A DNA stretch of 61,119 nucleotides, filler included, from a bacterium (GTDB taxonomy: Bacteria; JAJRZV01), in NCBI GenBank assembly GCA_024275095.1. It is 8 parts of 8 records of this genome, joined end to end, with 100 filler letters (N's around TTAATTAATTAA, not from the genome) between each part and the next. Parts side by side here need not be neighbours in the genome. Positions count along the whole stretch, not along the records: positions 26,198 to 41,018 come from JAJRZV010000116.1; positions 41,119 to 57,050 come from JAJRZV010000010.1; 6 more parts are not named here. The stretch is one strand, 5' to 3'. This document shows positions 39,601 through 48,619 of this stretch, piece after piece (the first letter of the stretch is position 1; each line of letters opens with the position of its first letter). A program made the position numbers and the translations under genes. Below the pieces are notes generated by a model. That model saw nothing but the letters and a program-made list of their open reading frames with translations. It was not told where the DNA came from and did no database searches.

Positions 39601-40734
39601 ATTTTTCACGAGATCGGCATTAACCAGCGCCTGGGCAAGATACCTCCCGCTTCCCGTAGTACAACATCCGAGCACCTTCAGTCCTTTTGGAAACCTTCGC
39701 GCAAGAATTTCAAATCCTTCAACAAGTACATCAACAGGCCTGCCCCTTGTGGGAAGATAAACTGCAGAAAGTAGATTGCCTGCTCTGTCCACCACGACAA
39801 TATCCGTGCTGACGGAACCCACATCTATGCCCACATAACCTTCTGCTTCATTCTCGAATATATCTTCTGGCTCTTTATGTCTCTCTTTAACCACCTGTCT
39901 TAGAGAATCTGATGATAATGGAACCAGCTCGCGTGAAGATGTGAAATCCAGAGATTTGACAACTTCCTCAAGGTCCACTTCCGGATCATTTGCTGCGAGC
40001 AAACACGCCCCCAGGGCACACTCCATTCCAGGCATGGGTGAAGGTATAATTTCGACATCCGGAAGAAGCTCTCTTAACGCCCTGACAAGGGCCCCATTCT
40101 TACTGCAACCACCTGCAAACACCACTGGAGAAGCAATATCTTTACCTTTCAAAAGGGCAGAGACGATATTGGTTGCTACTGCATAACACAAACCGTAAGC
40201 AATTTCTTCAGCGGGCACTCCTTTCTGCTGAAGATGTATCATATCTGACTTGGCAAACACGGCGCATCGACCAGCAATTTTTGCTGGTTTTTTAGCTTTC
40301 AGGGCAATCGCTGCAAAATCCTCCACGCTCATCTGAAATCTTCCAGCCTGCTGTTCAATAAAGAGACCTGTACCTGAAGCACACTTTTCTGTCATGGCAA
40401 AATCTTCTGTTTCTCCTTTTTCACCTATCCTCAAAAACCGTGCACGTTCACCACCCACCTCTATGACAACCTTTGCATCTGGATAAAGAAACAGGACACC
40501 TTTCTTCAATGCTGTAAAGGGCTCAACTCTTATACCTGAAGAAAAAGGAGTGTTTACACTGGCCAGCTTTACTTTTTTAATTCCTGAAGCCAGGCATTCC
40601 TCAACGATTTTTTCTGTACTTTTCTTAAAAGGAGTATCACCGCCAAACACCCAATTTTTAACACACAGTTTGCCGTCAAAAAGTACGGCTTTAGTAGATA
40701 CGGCTCCTCTATCTATCCCAAGAATCATAAGCAT
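36688..40734 (-). CDS. Acyl-CoA dehydratase activase fusion (two BcrAD/BadFG ATPase modules plus DUF2229-like region)
   Basis: KCASGTG/RCAVFAKSD and GIDVGSVST..EIGGQDSK..CAAGTGSF..CTVF motifs; SNFGCGPD and DEHRGEAG..TRLEA. Confidence 0.92.
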   Translation of the reverse strand: MLMILGIDRGAVSTKAVLFDGKLCVKNWVFGGDTPFKKSTEKIVEECLASGIKKVKLASVNTPFSSGIRVEPFTALKKGVLFLYPDAKVVIEVGGERARFLRIGEKGETEDFAMTEKCASGTGLFIEQQAGRFQMSVEDFAAIALKAKKPAKIAGRCAVFAKSDMIHLQQKGVPAEEIAYGLCYAVATNIVSALLKGKDIASPVVFAGGCSKNGALVRALRELLPDVEIIPSPMPGMECALGACLLAANDPEVDLEEVVKSLDFTSSRELVPLSSDSLRQVVKERHKEPEDIFENEAEGYVGIDVGSVSTDIVVVDRAGNLLSAVYLPTRGRPVDVLVEGFEILARRFPKGLKVLGCCTTGSGRYLAQALVNADLVKNEITCQMKGTLFYFPDADTIFEIGGQDSKYIYMEGGRIRDFTMNKVCAAGTGSFIEEQTSLMGIDVKKDFARMALSAEKPALLNHHCTVFMERTVSSALSYGFELRDVCAGIAHAIVKNYLEKVVGNRKVGKKIVFQGGVASNDAVVSAFESVLGKEIYVHPYNRLSGAIGAALIARDQVKGESKFRFPEKMPEKMKTFECKQCSNFCDVGVLKLGKSEFAFFGDTCERYTSQKRGKGVEGPDLVSEFIQEAERYFQEKQAARTIGIPRASVMIAYLPFWATFFSELGFKPVLSPPSSHEILILSSRLLQAVTCIPVKFVAGHVAWLSERVDFIFLPAIYAFGEKEFTCPYTQALPTMLRDISRVIAPTLSMDEEGFVEGFKKYEELLSISSAAVRTAFRKAMNVQIEFETKMRNRAEEVIKEGGITLAVIGRPYNIYDSYLNLNLFSHLRRLGFTAVPMNLLRVSEKESPLFPWKYSRDGFKTLLDSLKRQNIYPVIISNFGCGPDAFAHKVFDEILKEYPALFLEFDEHRGEAGLITRLEAYSDLLREAGKRVKEKKHIFIPERSKVAPDDLKNRKVYIPYFSDHAYALSGVMRYAGINAEVLPLPDAKTKELGERYSSGKECHAYSVLLGDLVALLEREKEPFVFLFPGTKIPCLLYEYATGMNIFLREVGATHAKVYTPVAEEFISIVGMKGAERFYKALFAIDVLHKAFCLKLPFEVRKGEAFRIYHKALTAMEKAVESGDVLLEFKRFIKELEKVEVKRDDRPVVGVAGDIYTRVNRSANFDLFNALAERGLVGVPAPFEVDILDFGISRDFYEGTRKWEYKKAALAGILLLRKELKLWSFYRAAEHILSKWDEPSYKKIREYAGLYTDNLNNELFYLNVAKMVDFAEKGVEGIINATCFNCMVGTASSAVIEKIKNDYKIPVVTLVYSGQYDPDTEALLDAFAEEVKERRARRSRFSFDKTGCC

Positions 40735-40775
40735 TTATTTATACAGACCAGGAAAGGTTTTGTCAAAAGTGTATT

Positions 40776-40882
40776 GCCCAGGAGGTTATTTTATTTACTA
40801 TATAGGGGCTTCCCGCGGGTATATTCCTGGCACCACCCCCCATTCATGCTATATACCCAGACACAATTAGTAATACACGACC
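40776..40882 (-). mobile_element. Solo IS256-family end fragment
   Basis: Homologous to 61014-61119; terminus GGTCGTGTATTACTAATTGTGTCTG versus GGTTGTGTATTATTAATTGTGTCTG. Confidence 0.8.
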
Positions 40883-41018
40883 TGCTTAACTTAGAAAAAA
40901 AGAAGGCGTTTAATTTAAAAAGTTCTTAGTCCTTTAAAAATCTGCACGCAGGCTTTATTGGTGAAATACGATGTTCATGCGATAGGTGTGCACGGGCGAA
41001 TATATCCGAACGCACCAG

Positions 41019-41118
41019 NNNNNNNNNNNNNNNNNNNNNNNNNNNNNNNNNNNNNNNNNNNNTTAATTAATTAANNNNNNNNNNNNNNNNNNNNNNNNNN
41101 NNNNNNNNNNNNNNNNNN
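41019..41118. other. Artificial contig spacer
   Basis: N run with TTAATTAATTAA linker. Confidence 0.99.
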
Positions 41119-41313
41119 ATACTCCAGAAGATGTTCCCTCAGAACTTGCCAGAAGTTTTCCCTGTCAGGTTAAATCTCTTTTAACAGAGGGTGTTTCTTC
41201 ATTTAACACCTCCTGGGACGAGATTTTTTAGCTCTTCCTGGGCCCTATATAGGGCCCAGGGTTTTTTATTTTCTTACTTCTATATCTCATTACACACTAT
41301 TTTTTACACTACC
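41119..41313 (-). mobile_element. Probable IS256-family left end with disrupted ORF start
   Basis: Terminus GGTAGTGTAAAAAATAGTGTGT resembles the other IS256 ends. GGAGGTG RBS then ATG 41202: MKKHPLLKEI*PDRENFWQVLREHLLEY running into the gap. Confidence 0.55.
41237..41260. repeat. Perfect 24-bp palindrome
   Basis: CCTGGGCCCTATATAGGGCCCAGG, followed by a T run on the plus strand. Confidence 0.9.
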
Positions 41314-41321
41314 AAACACCA

Positions 41322-41795
41322 CTATGTGTTTTTTCCTTCAAGTTTTTTAAAATTTTGAGCTTCAATTTTTTCAATTTTTTCTATACGCTGAAGATGGCGG
41401 CCGCTGTCGAATGACGCGGCAAGCCAGACCTTTACCAGACGAACGGCATACTCCGGACAAAGAATTCTACCTGGCAACACGAGAACGTTTGCGTTGTTGT
41501 GACGTACTGCGTACTCAGCCATGAACTCATTCACCACAAGCGCAGCCCTCACCCCGTGGAATTTGTTCGCCACAATTGACATGCCAATTCCCGTACCACA
41601 AATGAGAACTCCCCTGTCGATTTCTCCACGAGAAACACGGGCCGCCACAACCGCAGCTTCATCCGGATAATCTGTACGGTGTGTTGAAGACGAGGGACCA
41701 TACTCCTCCACCTCATGACCCTCCGCCCGTAAGGACTCAACCACGGCCTGCCTTATGGCAACTCCGGCGTGGTCACTTCCCACAGCGATGCGCAT
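41322..41795 (-). CDS. rpiB: Ribose 5-phosphate isomerase B
   Basis: GSDHAG, DYP, CGTGIG..ANK, HNNAN and GRH..R motifs. Confidence 0.96.
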   Translation of the reverse strand: MRIAVGSDHAGVAIRQAVVESLRAEGHEVEEYGPSSSTHRTDYPDEAAVVAARVSRGEIDRGVLICGTGIGMSIVANKFHGVRAALVVNEFMAEYAVRHNNANVLVLPGRILCPEYAVRLVKVWLAASFDSGRHLQRIEKIEKIEAQNFKKLEGKNT

Positions 41796-41904
41796 CACCT
41801 TCCTCCTTGTGTGGGATGTGTCACAGTCTAAATCATGCATTATTTCTTTACAAACATTCTTTGGCTTTGTATTAAAATCTCCGATAAAAGCTCGGGAGGC
41901 AAAC

Positions 41905-42948
41905 ATGAAAAGGCTCCTGGAACGACTGAAAAAAGATAGGGAACGCATGCTTCATTCAATTGAACATTATACTGTGACCACAAAAGACGGCTGGCCGATC
42001 CATCTTTTAAGACGGCGTCCTGCAAAAACAAAAACAGGCAGTCCATTGCTTCTTATTCATGGATTCGGTCAAAATCGCTACACCTGGGAACCACCCGCCA
42101 GTAATTTCGCACCGTGGTTTGCATTACAGGGTATTGACACCTGGATTGTGGAACTGAGAGGGAGCGGCAGGAGCAAGAAACCCAGCATGCGCTATGACTG
42201 GACCTTCGAGGATTTCCTCACCAAAGACCTTCCAGCTGCCGTGGAGCACATTCGACAGCTCACGGGGGGCAGAAGAATCTTCATGTGCGGCCATTCCTTG
42301 GGCGGAACGCTTATTTACTGCTATGCTGCATTAAGAGGGCGGGACCTGAGAGGTTTTATTTCCCTTGGAGGACCGGTTATTTATGGGCGTAACGCACTTG
42401 CTATGAAAGTCGGTGGTGTATACGCCTCTCTACCCGAAGCTTTCGGACTCAAGCCGGTCGTAGAGTATCTTCCATTCTTTCCACTCCAGCAGATGGGACA
42501 TGTCGCGGTACTGGGTTATCCCTTCCTGTCTACTCCATTTGAACCACTTATCCCCTTACATCCGTGGCATCGAAAAAATGTGAGTGCACATCGCATCATT
42601 CCGCGCATACTTCTGGGTTTTGAGAAAGTATCGCGTAAACTTGCAGCTCAACTTGTCATGTGGGTAAGCCGGGAAGGCCTGTTCAGTTACGATCTGAAGA
42701 CCAACTATTTGAAATTCCTGCCCCGCATCAAAACCCCCTGCCTTTTGATCGCGGGTGATGTGGACCGCCTCGCTCCTCCTGCTTCCATCGAGCCCGCCTT
42801 TGAGGCCATAAAAAGCAAGGACAAAACATTCGTGATACTCTCACCTAAGAAGCACAAGACTCACTGGGGACACCTGGACCTCACCATGGGCAAAAACTGC
42901 GAAACAGTGCTCTTTCCTCTGCTCTTAAACTGGATTGTAAATCATTGA
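41905..42948 (+). CDS. Alpha/beta hydrolase (lipase/PhaC-like fold)
   Basis: HGFGQN, GHSLGG, GDVD and WGHLDL motifs; start at ATG 41905 after GGAGG. Confidence 0.88.
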   Translation: MKRLLERLKKDRERMLHSIEHYTVTTKDGWPIHLLRRRPAKTKTGSPLLLIHGFGQNRYTWEPPASNFAPWFALQGIDTWIVELRGSGRSKKPSMRYDWTFEDFLTKDLPAAVEHIRQLTGGRRIFMCGHSLGGTLIYCYAALRGRDLRGFISLGGPVIYGRNALAMKVGGVYASLPEAFGLKPVVEYLPFFPLQQMGHVAVLGYPFLSTPFEPLIPLHPWHRKNVSAHRIIPRILLGFEKVSRKLAAQLVMWVSREGLFSYDLKTNYLKFLPRIKTPCLLIAGDVDRLAPPASIEPAFEAIKSKDKTFVILSPKKHKTHWGHLDLTMGKNCETVLFPLLLNWIVNH

Positions 42949-44099
42949 GGGGCAACCCTTTCCTCATAATCAGCGACACTTTTATCGGAGGGAAAGGAGG
43001 CAACCTGCTCCAACCCACGGGTAAAACAACTTCCATAATTTTTTCGAGTTCAGCCGCACGTTCTCAAGCTATTTCCAGTATTCTGTCTGTTATCGACGAA
43101 TTCTGGCGTACTCATCCGTTCGTGTTTATGGTTGTATCCTACGATTTCGGTGCGCTTTTGCACTTCATCACCCACCCACGTCCTGCAAACGACCCACTGG
43201 TTATATTAGTGGGTTTTGACGACCTCACACAGGCAAACCTCACGGGCCCGTGTACCAGTATTTCCGTCCATTCTTTGAAACCGCTCATGCCGGACCACGA
43301 GTTTATTCACGCAGTAAAACCCGCTATTCAACACATGCAGGAAGGAGAATTTTACGTAATCAACATCTCCAGACCTTACGTGTTCAGGCATTCGGGCTCA
43401 CCACTTTCTGCGTTTTACAAACTGATGCGATGTCATCCCAGTCCCTACTCCTTTTATTTAAAAACTCCTCAAATCACGCTGGTGAGCAATTCTCCTGAAC
43501 TGTTTGTCAAAATCAGTGGTTCAGAGATATGTGCTCAACCAATGAAAGGCACGCGACCGGCATCGGACAAAGCAGGTGGAAGCAGGCTTTCCGTTAATCC
43601 CAAAGAGCAGGCAGAAAATTTAATGATTGTGGATCTTTTTCGGTCGGACTTAGGAAAAATCTGTACATTCGGAAGCGTCAGCGTAGAAGCTCTGTGGACG
43701 GTAAAACAATACGCGTCGGTTTTTCAGATGACCTCCACCATAAAAGGCACCTTGAAACCCGGGGTACACCTTTCTGATATGCTCACAGCCGCTTTCCCTT
43801 CCGGTTCAGTAACAGGAGCACCCAAAAGACGGGTTATGCAGGAAATCGCCTTGCTGGAGTCTCTCGGCAGAGGATTCTACTGCGGTTCGGCCTTTCTGAA
43901 ATCTCCGGGTGGTGATGTCGTATCAAGCGTACTCATACGCACGGCATTGTTTTATCCTGATGGGAAGGGCCGCTACCATGCGGGAGCAGGAATTACAGTG
44001 GAGTCTATTCCTGAAAAAGAGCTGGAAGAACTCCAATGGAAACTTCAACCAGTAATAATTCTTCAACAATCCGGATCATCGGAGGTGGTTACACTGTGA
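42945..44099 (+). CDS. pabB: Aminodeoxychorismate synthase component I (chorismate-binding family)
   Basis: SNSPELF, PMKGT, KEQAENLMIVDL.RSDLG and FPSGSVTGAPK motifs. Confidence 0.85.
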   Translation: MRGNPFLIISDTFIGGKGGNLLQPTGKTTSIIFSSSAARSQAISSILSVIDEFWRTHPFVFMVVSYDFGALLHFITHPRPANDPLVILVGFDDLTQANLTGPCTSISVHSLKPLMPDHEFIHAVKPAIQHMQEGEFYVINISRPYVFRHSGSPLSAFYKLMRCHPSPYSFYLKTPQITLVSNSPELFVKISGSEICAQPMKGTRPASDKAGGSRLSVNPKEQAENLMIVDLFRSDLGKICTFGSVSVEALWTVKQYASVFQMTSTIKGTLKPGVHLSDMLTAAFPSGSVTGAPKRRVMQEIALLESLGRGFYCGSAFLKSPGGDVVSSVLIRTALFYPDGKGRYHAGAGITVESIPEKELEELQWKLQPVIILQQSGSSEVVTL

Positions 44100-44959
44100 G
44101 ACAACTCTTCGCATGGGAAACAAAAATTTTTAAACCTTCAGATAATTTAAGCGATGTTGTTATAAAAACACTTGCATCCCCGCAGACATGGGGGCTTTTC
44201 GAAACCATGAGGGTTATACAGGGATGCATTCCACTGCTGGTGTTTCATTTCCAGCGACTCGAAAACAGCCTCAACAAGCTCGGCATTAAAAATGCAACTG
44301 CCTTCACAGCCTCTGCAAAGGTCATTGTACAAACAGTCGTTGAAAAAGACAGGCGCGACTTCTTCAATGAACTCTGGCGGCTCCGAATTTCCCTCATATT
44401 CCCGGAGGGGACAGAGCCTCCATTGCTGCTGTTATCCGCTGACCCTTACAAACCACCAGACGCTCCTGTAAGGCTCATGTTAGACTCAGAAAAAGGACTG
44501 CGATTCTCCTGCGATTCCACTGTTTCGTTCAAACTTACAAACCGCTTTTTTCTGGAAAACTACAGAAAAAGCGCCGTACAGAAAGGATTTCACGACGCTG
44601 TGATCATTAATGAAAAGAAAGAAATATGTGAAACCACCCGATACAATATCTTCTTTGTAAAAGGTAAAAACCACTTCATCACCCCCTCCGTGAGTTCCGG
44701 TCTGCTCCCAGGGGTCATGCGGGGAACAATTATCCAGGAACTCAGAAAGAGAAACATTCGTGTTCAGGAAAAACCTGTCAGATTACGAGACCTTGCGCAG
44801 TACCCCGGTTGTTTTATAACCAACGCCCTGGCCGGGGCGCTTTCTGTAAGTGAAATATGGCCATATGCGAAATTTTCCGAAACACTATTGCCACCGTGCA
44901 TAAACCAGGTCATGAGCGAATGTTTTACCGGACAGACACTTCATCTTCCACAGCACTGA
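44096..44959 (+). CDS. pabC: Class IV aminotransferase / aminodeoxychorismate lyase
   Basis: GLFETMR, HFQRL, ETTRYNIF and LLPGVMR motifs; GTGA overlap with pabB. Confidence 0.75.
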   Translation: MRQLFAWETKIFKPSDNLSDVVIKTLASPQTWGLFETMRVIQGCIPLLVFHFQRLENSLNKLGIKNATAFTASAKVIVQTVVEKDRRDFFNELWRLRISLIFPEGTEPPLLLLSADPYKPPDAPVRLMLDSEKGLRFSCDSTVSFKLTNRFFLENYRKSAVQKGFHDAVIINEKKEICETTRYNIFFVKGKNHFITPSVSSGLLPGVMRGTIIQELRKRNIRVQEKPVRLRDLAQYPGCFITNALAGALSVSEIWPYAKFSETLLPPCINQVMSECFTGQTLHLPQH

Positions 44960-46481
44960 GGCGATATTGCACAGCCTCTGCCACGTGAGGAGCATCAATC
45001 TTTTCTGTACATTCGAGATCTGCAATGGTTCGAGCTACTTTTACCACCTTAGAGATGCTTCTCGCTGAAAACGAGTATTTACGCGATGCTGCTTCGAGAA
45101 TTCTGGCGGCTCCTTCTGTAAGAGTGCAGTGTTTCCTTGATTGCCTTTCACTCATGTGGCTGTTGAACATTCCCCTGCCCAGACGTTTCCTCTGAATTTC
45201 GACTGCACGTTCCACACGTGCTTTTATATCCTCGCTTCTTTCCCCGGCGGAACCGTGCTCCGTTGCCCATTCCGCATAATCAATGGGAGGTACTTCAATC
45301 TGTATATCTATCCTGTCCATGAGGGGACCTGAGACGCGAGTCCTGTACTTTCTCATCTGCTGATAAGTGCATATACACTCTTTCTCCTCGTGTCCGAAAT
45401 AACCACAGGGACACGGGTTCATAGCTCCCACAAGCATAAATCTGGCCGGATAGGAGATGTTCCCTCCCGCGCGGGAGATCACCACACGTCCCTCTTCAAG
45501 GGGCTGCCGCAGGATTTCCAGCACGTTACGTTTAAATTCAGGCATTTCGTCGAGGAAAAGCACGCCATTGTGAGCGAGACTGATCTCTCCCGGCCTGGGC
45601 ACCTGCCCTCCCCCGGCAAGACCGGCATCCGAGATGGTATGATGGGGATTCCTGAAGGGTCTGAACTTCACCACATCCCCGTTTTTTCTCAGCAGACCCG
45701 CAACAGAGTAAATTTTGGTGGTTTCCAGGCATTCTTCTTCCGACATGACCGGCATAATTGTAGGAACGCACCTGGCAAGCATGGTCTTTCCACTTCCAGG
45801 AGGACCGATCATGAGGACGTTATGCATGCCTGCAACAGCAACCTCGAGCGCACGTTTTGCAAAAAGTTGGCCCTTCACATCCGAAAAATCCACAGAATAG
45901 CCTTCGTTCTGAAGAGCACATTCAACGCCTGCACCCTTCTGCAATGCTGCGTTCAACTTACCGTCCAGGTAAGCCACGACCTCACCAAGTGAAGCCACCG
46001 GCAGATACACGACATCTTCGACAAGATGAATTTCGCGGGCGTTATCCCGGGAAATAACCAGCATCAAATTTCTATCGCGCGCGTACTCAGCATATATAAG
46101 TCCCCCGCGCACACGCCGGACATCCCCGTTAAGCGAAAGCTCTCCAACAACGCACAAATCCGCAAACCTTCCTTTGTCGATAATCCTGGAAGCCGCAAGA
46201 ATACCTACAGCAATGGGCAAATCCAGCCCCGTTCCTTCTTTTTTCACATCAGCAGGAGCAAGGTTCACGGTAATACGTTTGCGCGGAAATTCGAACCCTG
46301 TATGTGCAATGGCAGACCTTACGCGTTCCCGTGCCTCGCGCACAGTCCCTTCCGGCAAACCCACAACATTGAAAGCCGGAAGCCCTGGAGAAAGATCCAC
46401 CTCCACGGCGACACTGATGGGTTCGATACCCCTGTGTACAACGGTATGAACCACCGCAGAATGATGTCGAACAGGTCCCAT
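44925..46481 (-). CDS. comM: YifB/ComM family Mg-chelatase-like AAA+ ATPase
   Basis: NLAPAD, GPPGSGKT, GEISLAHNGVLFLDE and MNPCPCG motifs. Confidence 0.95.
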   Translation of the reverse strand: MGPVRHHSAVVHTVVHRGIEPISVAVEVDLSPGLPAFNVVGLPEGTVREARERVRSAIAHTGFEFPRKRITVNLAPADVKKEGTGLDLPIAVGILAASRIIDKGRFADLCVVGELSLNGDVRRVRGGLIYAEYARDRNLMLVISRDNAREIHLVEDVVYLPVASLGEVVAYLDGKLNAALQKGAGVECALQNEGYSVDFSDVKGQLFAKRALEVAVAGMHNVLMIGPPGSGKTMLARCVPTIMPVMSEEECLETTKIYSVAGLLRKNGDVVKFRPFRNPHHTISDAGLAGGGQVPRPGEISLAHNGVLFLDEMPEFKRNVLEILRQPLEEGRVVISRAGGNISYPARFMLVGAMNPCPCGYFGHEEKECICTYQQMRKYRTRVSGPLMDRIDIQIEVPPIDYAEWATEHGSAGERSEDIKARVERAVEIQRKRLGRGMFNSHMSERQSRKHCTLTEGAARILEAASRKYSFSARSISKVVKVARTIADLECTEKIDAPHVAEAVQYRLSAVEDEVSVR

Positions 46482-46513
46482 CTTTCAATCCTCCGGATGA
46501 TGATTAAAAAGCT

Positions 46514-47701
46514 TTACTCTCCTTTCAGAAATTTCCTGAAGAAGTACCTGATACCCCGGACAGCCTGCCTGATTCGATGCTCATTTTCTACCAGTGCAAA
46601 CCTCACGTATCCTTCACCTCCTCGACCAAATCCAATTCCTGGAGAAACAGCAACCTTTCCTTCTGTCATGAGAACCTTGGAAAATTCAAGGGAACCCATC
46701 TTATCAAGAGGTTCCGGGATTTTTGCCCAGACGAACATGGTTCCAAGCGGCTTTTTTACCTCCCAGCCCACACGCATCAGGCCCTCACACAGGGTGTCCC
46801 TGCGCGAACGATATACCTCCACCACTTCTTTAACCACCTGGTCTCCTTCATTAAGAGCGATGATGGCCGCAATCTGAATGGGTTGAAAAATTCCGTAGTC
46901 CAGGTAACTCTTTATGCGCGTAAGCGCATGTATCAGGCTCCGGTTGCCCGCGCAAAACCCTACCCTCCATCCGGGCATGTTATAGCTCTTGGAAAGGCTG
47001 AAAAATTCTACTGCCACGTCTTTGGCCCCCTTTGCCTGGAAAATGCTCGGCGCTTTGTAACCATCGAATGTAATATCCGCATATGCAAAATCGTGAATTA
47101 CGTAAAGTTTGTTTTCACGTGCAAAATCTACCAGTCTCTCGAAGAATGGTACATCTACCACTGCTGTTGTGGGATTGTGTGGATAGGAAACGATTACCAC
47201 CTTGGGCCGCGGCCAGGACTCTCTCACAGCTTCTTCAAGAGCATCTATGAAATCCTGGGGTTCGAGTGTAGGGATGGAACGAATGTCTCCCCCGGAAATA
47301 ATCACGCTGTAAGCGTGAATTGGATAGGTTGGATCCGGCACCATCACCAGGTCTCCAGGATTGAGAATGGCCAGCATGAGATGTGCAAGCCCTTCTTTCG
47401 AGCCAATGGTGACCACGCATTCGCTCTCAGGATCCATTTCCACGCCAAAGCGCCTTTTATACCAGTTGGCAAGTGCAAGGCGGAGTTTGGGAATTCCCCG
47501 CGACATGGAGTAACGATGGTTACGGGGATTATCGGAAGCCTCTTTTAATTTTTCGATAATGAAACGAGGTGGAGGTTGATCCGGGTTCCCCATGCCCAGA
47601 TCAATGATATCTTCACCTTCCCTTCTCAGGCGCGTTTTGAGTTCATTGACAATGTTGAACACGTATGGGGGGAGCCTTTTAATCCGCTGGAACTCTTCCA
47701 T
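46514..47701 (-). CDS. alaC: Class I/II PLP aminotransferase, AlaC-like
   Basis: [34 protein letters not shown] and KSYLDYG motifs. Confidence 0.85.
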   Translation of the reverse strand: MEEFQRIKRLPPYVFNIVNELKTRLRREGEDIIDLGMGNPDQPPPRFIIEKLKEASDNPRNHRYSMSRGIPKLRLALANWYKRRFGVEMDPESECVVTIGSKEGLAHLMLAILNPGDLVMVPDPTYPIHAYSVIISGGDIRSIPTLEPQDFIDALEEAVRESWPRPKVVIVSYPHNPTTAVVDVPFFERLVDFARENKLYVIHDFAYADITFDGYKAPSIFQAKGAKDVAVEFFSLSKSYNMPGWRVGFCAGNRSLIHALTRIKSYLDYGIFQPIQIAAIIALNEGDQVVKEVVEVYRSRRDTLCEGLMRVGWEVKKPLGTMFVWAKIPEPLDKMGSLEFSKVLMTEGKVAVSPGIGFGRGGEGYVRFALVENEHRIRQAVRGIRYFFRKFLKGE

Positions 47702-48598
47702 TCAGCTAACCTCCTGCCGTAATGTTTGCCGAAAAAAATCATGTGCCATATAAGAACTCCTCACGTACCTTCCTGCGAACACGTGGGTGATACCGGCTTT
47801 TTTCGCTGTTTCTGCCAGGTGCACAAATTCAGCGTCAGAATAATACCGCCTGACAGGCACATTTTCAAAAGAAGGCTGAAAATACTGACCGATGGCCAGC
47901 ATGTTAACTCCCGCCCCTGCCAGAACGTGAAATAGTTCCTCGAGTTCATCCTCGGTTTCACCGAGGCCTGTCAGGACCGCCGTTTTCGCTCCTCCACGCA
48001 CCCGTGCTATCGTACGCAACACGGACAAACTTCTCTCAAAAGATGCCTGTGGCCTTACCTGAGGATAAAGAGAAGGGACTGTTTCCACATTGTGTCCCAC
48101 CACATCCGCCGGAGAATTCGCCACGAGTATCACGAACTCTTCACATCCGTGAAGATCCGGAATGAGAAACTCCAGTCCCACGTGAGGTGCAACGCTTTTA
48201 AGCCGCACTGCCAGCTGTTGAAAAAAAGAAGCTCCACCATCAGGTAGATCATCACGGGTCACCGAGGTTACAACAAGGTACGAAGGAGATGTTTTCTCCA
48301 CGTAGGTGATTATCCTGTTTACCTCGTCTTTCGGTTTCGCAAGGTTCGTGCCCTGCTTCCATACACTGCAAAACGAACAACGCCGTGTGCATCCGGGCCC
48401 GAGCGCTATGATGGTGGAGTGACCAAGCGAAAAGCACTCGCCGATATTAGGGCATCGTGCATTTTCACAAACGGTGCGAAGTCCAAGCTGTCTCAGTCGT
48501 GCTTTGTGCACATGCAGGCGACCCAGTGAACCAATATTTTTCTTGAACATTCTCCGGGTACCGCCTGGCGTACCTGCATTCTGTTTTTTCATCTGCAC
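47702..48598 (-). CDS. lipA: Lipoyl synthase
   Basis: CENARCPNIGEC, CTRRCSFC, TRDDLPDGG, HNVETV and RSSY motifs. Confidence 0.94.
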   Translation of the reverse strand: MQMKKQNAGTPGGTRRMFKKNIGSLGRLHVHKARLRQLGLRTVCENARCPNIGECFSLGHSTIIALGPGCTRRCSFCSVWKQGTNLAKPKDEVNRIITYVEKTSPSYLVVTSVTRDDLPDGGASFFQQLAVRLKSVAPHVGLEFLIPDLHGCEEFVILVANSPADVVGHNVETVPSLYPQVRPQASFERSLSVLRTIARVRGGAKTAVLTGLGETEDELEELFHVLAGAGVNMLAIGQYFQPSFENVPVRRYYSDAEFVHLAETAKKAGITHVFAGRYVRSSYMAHDFFRQTLRQEVS

Positions 48599-48619
48599 AC
48601 TCCTGCGTGACTCTTCCCT

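Noticed and set aside
16340..41172. TAA stop-codon reassignment suggested by three in-frame TAAs
   Set aside because: TAA cleanly ends many genes here (for example cstA, cdsA, the CheY-like gene and greA), and other single-base lesions show a general error or decay pattern.
46026..47548. Long plus-strand ORFs of 283 and 323 aa, and similar antisense ORFs elsewhere
   Set aside because: Shadows of well-supported opposite-strand genes (comM, aminotransferase), with no recognisable motifs.
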